2,216 nucleotides of DNA. It comes from Escherichia coli. GTDB taxonomy: Bacteria; Pseudomonadota; Gammaproteobacteria; Enterobacterales; Enterobacteriaceae. The stretch lies in assembly GCF_003334305.1 (NCBI RefSeq), contig NZ_QOWS01000056.1; one strand, 5' to 3'. Position numbers and translations under genes: made by a program. The notes beneath the pieces were generated by a model. That model saw nothing but the letters and a program-made list of their open reading frames with translations, made no database searches and was not told the DNA's origin. Of the stretch, positions 1 through 2,216 are shown one piece after another. Positions within the stretch are counted from its first letter, which is position 1; each line of letters starts with the position of its first letter.

Positions 1-33
1 AGAAATATGTTCCATCAATTTTTTAAGTTCCAT
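1..33 (-). CDS. First 11 codons ([11 protein letters not shown]) of a further H-rpt transposase ORF that runs leftward out of the window; unknown whether it is full-length or another truncated copy
   Basis: Positions 1..44 are identical to 381..424 and 761..804, including the ATG (31-33) and the Shine-Dalgarno (38-44). Confidence 0.4.
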   Translation of the reverse strand, partial: MELKKLMEHIS

Positions 34-158
34 TTGTTCACCTTATTTATGTAAGGAGTATTTGATCATGTATAAGCAATAAAAAACAGCTTCAGGTAAT
101 GAGGAATATCTCAATTTTTAAACATAAAATGCGAATTATTTAGTACAAAAAAGTAGCG

Positions 159-413
159 TTACGTGATCTTTCCCTGGGATACAACTCTGGCAATGGTATC
201 GTGAACAGGAATACCATTTTCAAAATCACCATATTGCTTCAAAAAATCGAGATGTGTTTCCCCGAAATCCTCTATATCTTCCCAACCTTCTGCACCAGAA
301 ATAACGGCACAAATAGTCAACAGTAGAATATCTGACAATTTATGCACCACTTTCCAGGCTTGTCTGTAATCGGGGGTAATAGAAATATGTTCCATCAATT
401 TTTTAAGTTCCAT
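159..413 (-). CDS. Truncated ISAs1-family (H-repeat-associated) transposase, N-terminal fragment, 84 aa; second identical copy created by the tandem duplication
   Basis: Nucleotide sequence identical to 539..793 (the 380-bp unit is repeated exactly). Same Shine-Dalgarno and start context. Confidence 0.8.
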   Translation of the reverse strand: MELKKLMEHISITPDYRQAWKVVHKLSDILLLTICAVISGAEGWEDIEDFGETHLDFLKQYGDFENGIPVHDTIARVVSQGKIT

Positions 414-417
414 TTGT

Positions 418-424
418 TCACCTT
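418..424 (-). promoter_or_regulatory. Shine-Dalgarno (AAGGTGA) for the H-rpt ORF starting at 413
   Basis: Identical to 798-804; 4-nt spacer to the ATG. Confidence 0.5.
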
Positions 425-538
425 ATTTATGTAAGGAGTATTTGATCATGTATAAGCAATAAAAAACAGCTTCAGGTAATGAGGAATATCTCAATTTTTA
501 AACATAAAATGCGAATTATTTAGTACAAAAAAGTAGCG

Positions 539-793
539 TTACGTGATCTTTCCCTGGGATACAACTCTGGCAATGGTATCGTGAACAGGAATACCATTTT
601 CAAAATCACCATATTGCTTCAAAAAATCGAGATGTGTTTCCCCGAAATCCTCTATATCTTCCCAACCTTCTGCACCAGAAATAACGGCACAAATAGTCAA
701 CAGTAGAATATCTGACAATTTATGCACCACTTTCCAGGCTTGTCTGTAATCGGGGGTAATAGAAATATGTTCCATCAATTTTTTAAGTTCCAT
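539..793 (-). CDS. Truncated ISAs1-family (H-repeat-associated, H-rpt) transposase, N-terminal fragment only, 84 aa; probably non-functional as a transposase
   Basis: Residues 1-79 ([79 protein letters not shown]) match, from memory, the N-terminus of E. coli H-repeat proteins (YhhI/YdcC-like, about 378 aa). The ORF then ends after 5 unrelated codons (QGKIT-stop), so the DDE catalytic region is absent. An AAGGTGA Shine-Dalgarno lies 4 nt upstream of the ATG. It resembles my recollection of the 84-aa YbfQ (unverified). Confidence 0.8.
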   Translation of the reverse strand: MELKKLMEHISITPDYRQAWKVVHKLSDILLLTICAVISGAEGWEDIEDFGETHLDFLKQYGDFENGIPVHDTIARVVSQGKIT

Positions 794-797
794 TTGT

Positions 798-804
798 TCA
801 CCTT
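798..804 (-). promoter_or_regulatory. Shine-Dalgarno (AAGGTGA) for the H-rpt ORF starting at 793
   Basis: Minus strand reads ataAAGGTGAacaaATG. Identical elements at 418-424 and 38-44. Confidence 0.5.
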
Positions 805-1018
805 ATTTATGTAAGGAGTATTTGATCATGTATAAGCTATGAAAAACAGCTTTAGACAATAAGTAGTATCTCAATTGTTGAACTTAAAATTCGAATTATT
901 TAGTACAAAAAAGTAGCGTTACGTGATCTTTCCCTGCAAATGGAACGCAAAATAAACACCTATTCCATGAGTTATATAATTTTTCACAATGATTAATTTG
1001 TTTTCTCAGGAAGAGATT

Positions 1019-1588
1019 TTATTTCTCTTCACTACGAATTAGTTCATGCTGTATCTTTATTAAACATTCGTAAGACTCATTTTTGTTCGGGAGATGTGCT
1101 GTCATTCGAGCATAAGTTGGTTTCTCATCTTTAAAATATTTTACCATGATTGAATTATCAAGGACTGCCAACAACTGAACTGGATCACTGCTCTTTTTTT
1201 GATAGATACCCGCTCTTATATAACTTCTAAACCGATCGCCGAGAAACGCCGTTTTTTCTGCTGTATTTATCAACTCCTGCAACGTTCCTTTGATGGCATG
1301 ATTTTCATTAAGGCGTAGTGACCCGACGCGAATTAAGAGTCTCGCCCCGCTTGGTGTGAATTTATTATTTTTACATGTACCCAGTTCTGTTTGCCAATAA
1401 TACTCACCGATGTCCTCATTCTGATACCATCTCCACATGGCTTTATTATTTAAGACAGGAAACGCGGAAAAAATAGTACCCTTAGCGAAAATAGTAAAAC
1501 AATCATGATCTTTAGCTTGTATTTCGCAATCAGCTATAACACCAAAACTAACAAATATCATCAGCAAAAAGAACAAAACTCTTTTCAT
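1019..1588 (-). CDS. Candidate Rhs immunity protein, secreted/periplasmic (N-terminal signal peptide), 189 aa
   Basis: Intact 189-aa ORF whose ATG (1586-1588) overlaps the toxin stop TGA (1585-1587) as ATGA. A GAGG Shine-Dalgarno lies 9 nt upstream. The N-terminus [24 protein letters not shown] has basic residues, a hydrophobic core and a small-residue cleavage region. The gene is AT-rich (about 30 percent GC in a sampled stretch). Immunity role is inferred from position and coupling only. Length and signal peptide resemble my recollection of E. coli YbfC (unverified). Confidence 0.7.
   Translation of the reverse strand: MKRVLFFLLMIFVSFGVIADCEIQAKDHDCFTIFAKGTIFSAFPVLNNKAMWRWYQNEDIGEYYWQTELGTCKNNKFTPSGARLLIRVGSLRLNENHAIKGTLQELINTAEKTAFLGDRFRSYIRAGIYQKKSSDPVQLLAVLDNSIMVKYFKDEKPTYARMTAHLPNKNESYECLIKIQHELIRSEEK
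1532..1588 (-). other. Predicted Sec signal peptide (residues 1-19) of the 189-aa ORF
   Basis: [19 protein letters not shown] followed by DCEIQ. No canonical lipobox (Asp precedes the Cys), so signal peptidase I cleavage is more likely than lipoprotein processing. Confidence 0.55.
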
Positions 1589-2216
1589 TTTCTTATTCCT
1601 CTCGATGTTCTCTGTTTCATTTTAGCTAAAATTTCACCCAAATCATCTATCCCTGCTGTTGCTGGCCCATCGGGTTTATTAATGTCTGGGAATAAATAGG
1701 GTTCTGCACAAGTATATCCTGGTGGTAATTGAGTTGTTGGCCAATTTGTCTGTGGCAGGTAATCACTTGCTGTCTTTGTATCCATCCCTGGATACTGGGA
1801 ATCATCCTGTGGCGTACAAGTCAGATTTGGTTTTACCCACTTCCTGCAATACAGTGTGTAGTCGTAAGGGCTTAATACTCTGAAGAATGTTTTGAAAACA
1901 TTAGGCGCACTACTGGCCTGGTCAATAGGATATGGCAGTCTTAATTGTTTCGCTATGTCCGGCAATTTACTTGGATCGGGCGTAGGCGGTTTGTTGGGTC
2001 TCGCTCCATATCCGCCATTATTTAAGTGTCCATATTTTGATGCCAGTCCCATTGAATCTATATACTGAACCGGATTCAGCGGATACTGATAAAAATTCCA
2101 TCCCCCCTTCAGCCCAATCGGATCCTGAGTGATATACCTCCCCTGCAGCGGGTCATAATAGCGGTGGCGGTTGTAATACAGGCCGGACTCCTCATCATAC
2201 TGCTGCCCCGGCAGCC
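1585..2216 (-). CDS. Rhs-family polymorphic toxin, 3' portion: end of the conserved Rhs core fused to a variable C-terminal (toxin) domain; 5' end lies beyond the window
   Basis: Minus-strand translation of 2214..2044 gives [57 protein letters not shown] with no stop codon back to the window edge. This is the hallmark C-terminal end of Rhs/YD-repeat cores (established knowledge). The frame continues uninterrupted to TGA at 1585-1587. The supplied ORF (1585..2052) begins at an internal Met only because the true start is outside the window. Confidence 0.85.
   Translation of the reverse strand, partial: LPGQQYDEESGLYYNRHRYYDPLQGRYITQDPIGLKGGWNFYQYPLNPVQYIDSMGLASKYGHLNNGGYGARPNKPPTPDPSKLPDIAKQLRLPYPIDQASSAPNVFKTFFRVLSPYDYTLYCRKWVKPNLTCTPQDDSQYPGMDTKTASDYLPQTNWPTTQLPPGYTCAEPYLFPDINKPDGPATAGIDDLGEILAKMKQRTSRGIRK
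1588..2043 (-). other. Variable Rhs C-terminal domain (Rhs-CT, candidate toxin), 152 aa, activity unassigned
   Basis: Sequence immediately after the demarcation motif: [50 protein letters not shown]...[22 protein letters not shown]. Pro-rich with 3 Cys. I see no recognisable nuclease, deaminase or other catalytic motif by eye. Position after the core demarcation is where polymorphic toxin domains sit (established knowledge). Confidence 0.6.
1597..1602 (-). promoter_or_regulatory. Shine-Dalgarno (AGAGGA) for the 189-aa ORF, embedded in the 3' end of the toxin CDS
   Basis: Minus strand reads cgAGAGGAataagaaaATG, with 9-nt spacing from GAGG to the ATG. Confidence 0.5.
2044..2216 (-). other. Conserved C-terminal segment of the Rhs core, including the core/CT demarcation motif region
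   Basis: Contains DPIGL followed 21 residues later by [10 protein letters not shown], a PxxxxD-x-GL demarcation motif. The segment is markedly GC-rich (about 59 percent by hand count of 2101-2216) compared with everything downstream. Confidence 0.8.

Larger units (their letters stand above)
1..936. repeat. Tandem direct repeat with a 380-bp unit: 1-380 and 381-760 are identical, 761-936 is a partial, partly diverged third copy; the array continues beyond the left window edge
   Basis: Direct comparison: 1..380 equals 381..760 at every position I compared. 761..837 and 892..936 are identical to the unit, while 838..891 differs by 12 substitutions with no indels. Homology to the unit stops at 936/937, equivalent to junctions at 176/177 and 556/557. 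Confidence 0.95.

Noticed and set aside
53-82. Plus-strand strong Shine-Dalgarno (AAGGAG) followed 9 nt later by ATG and a 4-codon mini-ORF (MYKQ-stop), repeated at 433-462 and, as MYKL-stop, at 813-842
   Set aside because: Four codons is too short to support as a gene. The motif sits in the divergent leader of the H-rpt gene and may be coincidental. I cannot exclude a leader peptide, but there is no evidence for it.
501-528. Sigma-70-like promoter for the H-rpt fragment (minus strand TTGTAC, 16-nt spacer, TATGTT), repeated in each unit
   Set aside because: The hexamers are weak matches in AT-rich sequence where such matches arise by chance. They cannot be supported without transcription-start data.
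159-793. Annotating the 84-aa ORFs as functional transposases or a complete IS element
   Set aside because: Only the N-terminal ~79 residues of the transposase are present, the catalytic region is missing, and I found no terminal inverted repeats. These are gene fragments.
1-936. Possibility that the regularly spaced repeats are a CRISPR array
   Set aside because: Units are 380 bp, contiguous and coding, with no short repeat-spacer alternation. This is a tandem segmental duplication, not CRISPR.
901-936. Rho-independent terminator downstream of the 189-aa ORF (a run of 6 T on the minus strand at 907-912)
   Set aside because: No GC-rich inverted repeat precedes the T-run, so a stable stem cannot be formed.
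1505-1699. Plus-strand 64-aa ORF ([21 protein letters not shown]…)
   Set aside because: It lies antisense across the toxin/immunity junction, has no convincing Shine-Dalgarno and a low-complexity product. It is most likely a chance ORF in AT-rich antisense sequence.

Overview
This window reads as the 3' end of an Enterobacteriaceae-type Rhs element, with every credible gene on the minus strand. From right to left: (1) the last ~57 codons of a GC-rich Rhs core run in from beyond position 2216 and continue in-frame into a 152-aa variable C-terminal domain of unrecognised type (1588-2043); (2) a 189-aa ORF with an N-terminal signal peptide (1019-1588) starts on an ATGA overlap with the toxin stop and is the candidate cognate immunity gene; (3) a perfect 380-bp tandem duplication (two identical units plus a partly diverged third, 1-936) reiterates the ribosome-binding site, start codon and first 79 codons of an ISAs1-family (H-repeat-associated) transposase, giving two identical 84-aa truncated ORFs and a third start codon at the left edge. 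The most interesting candidate system is the uncharacterised Rhs C-terminal toxin with its secreted immunity partner. The gene order and the ORF lengths (189 aa, 84 aa) resemble what I recall of the E. coli K-12 rhsC-downstream region (ybfO-ybfC-ybfQ), but this is from memory and I could not run a search, so gene symbols are left blank. GC percentages below are hand counts on sampled 60-120 bp stretches.
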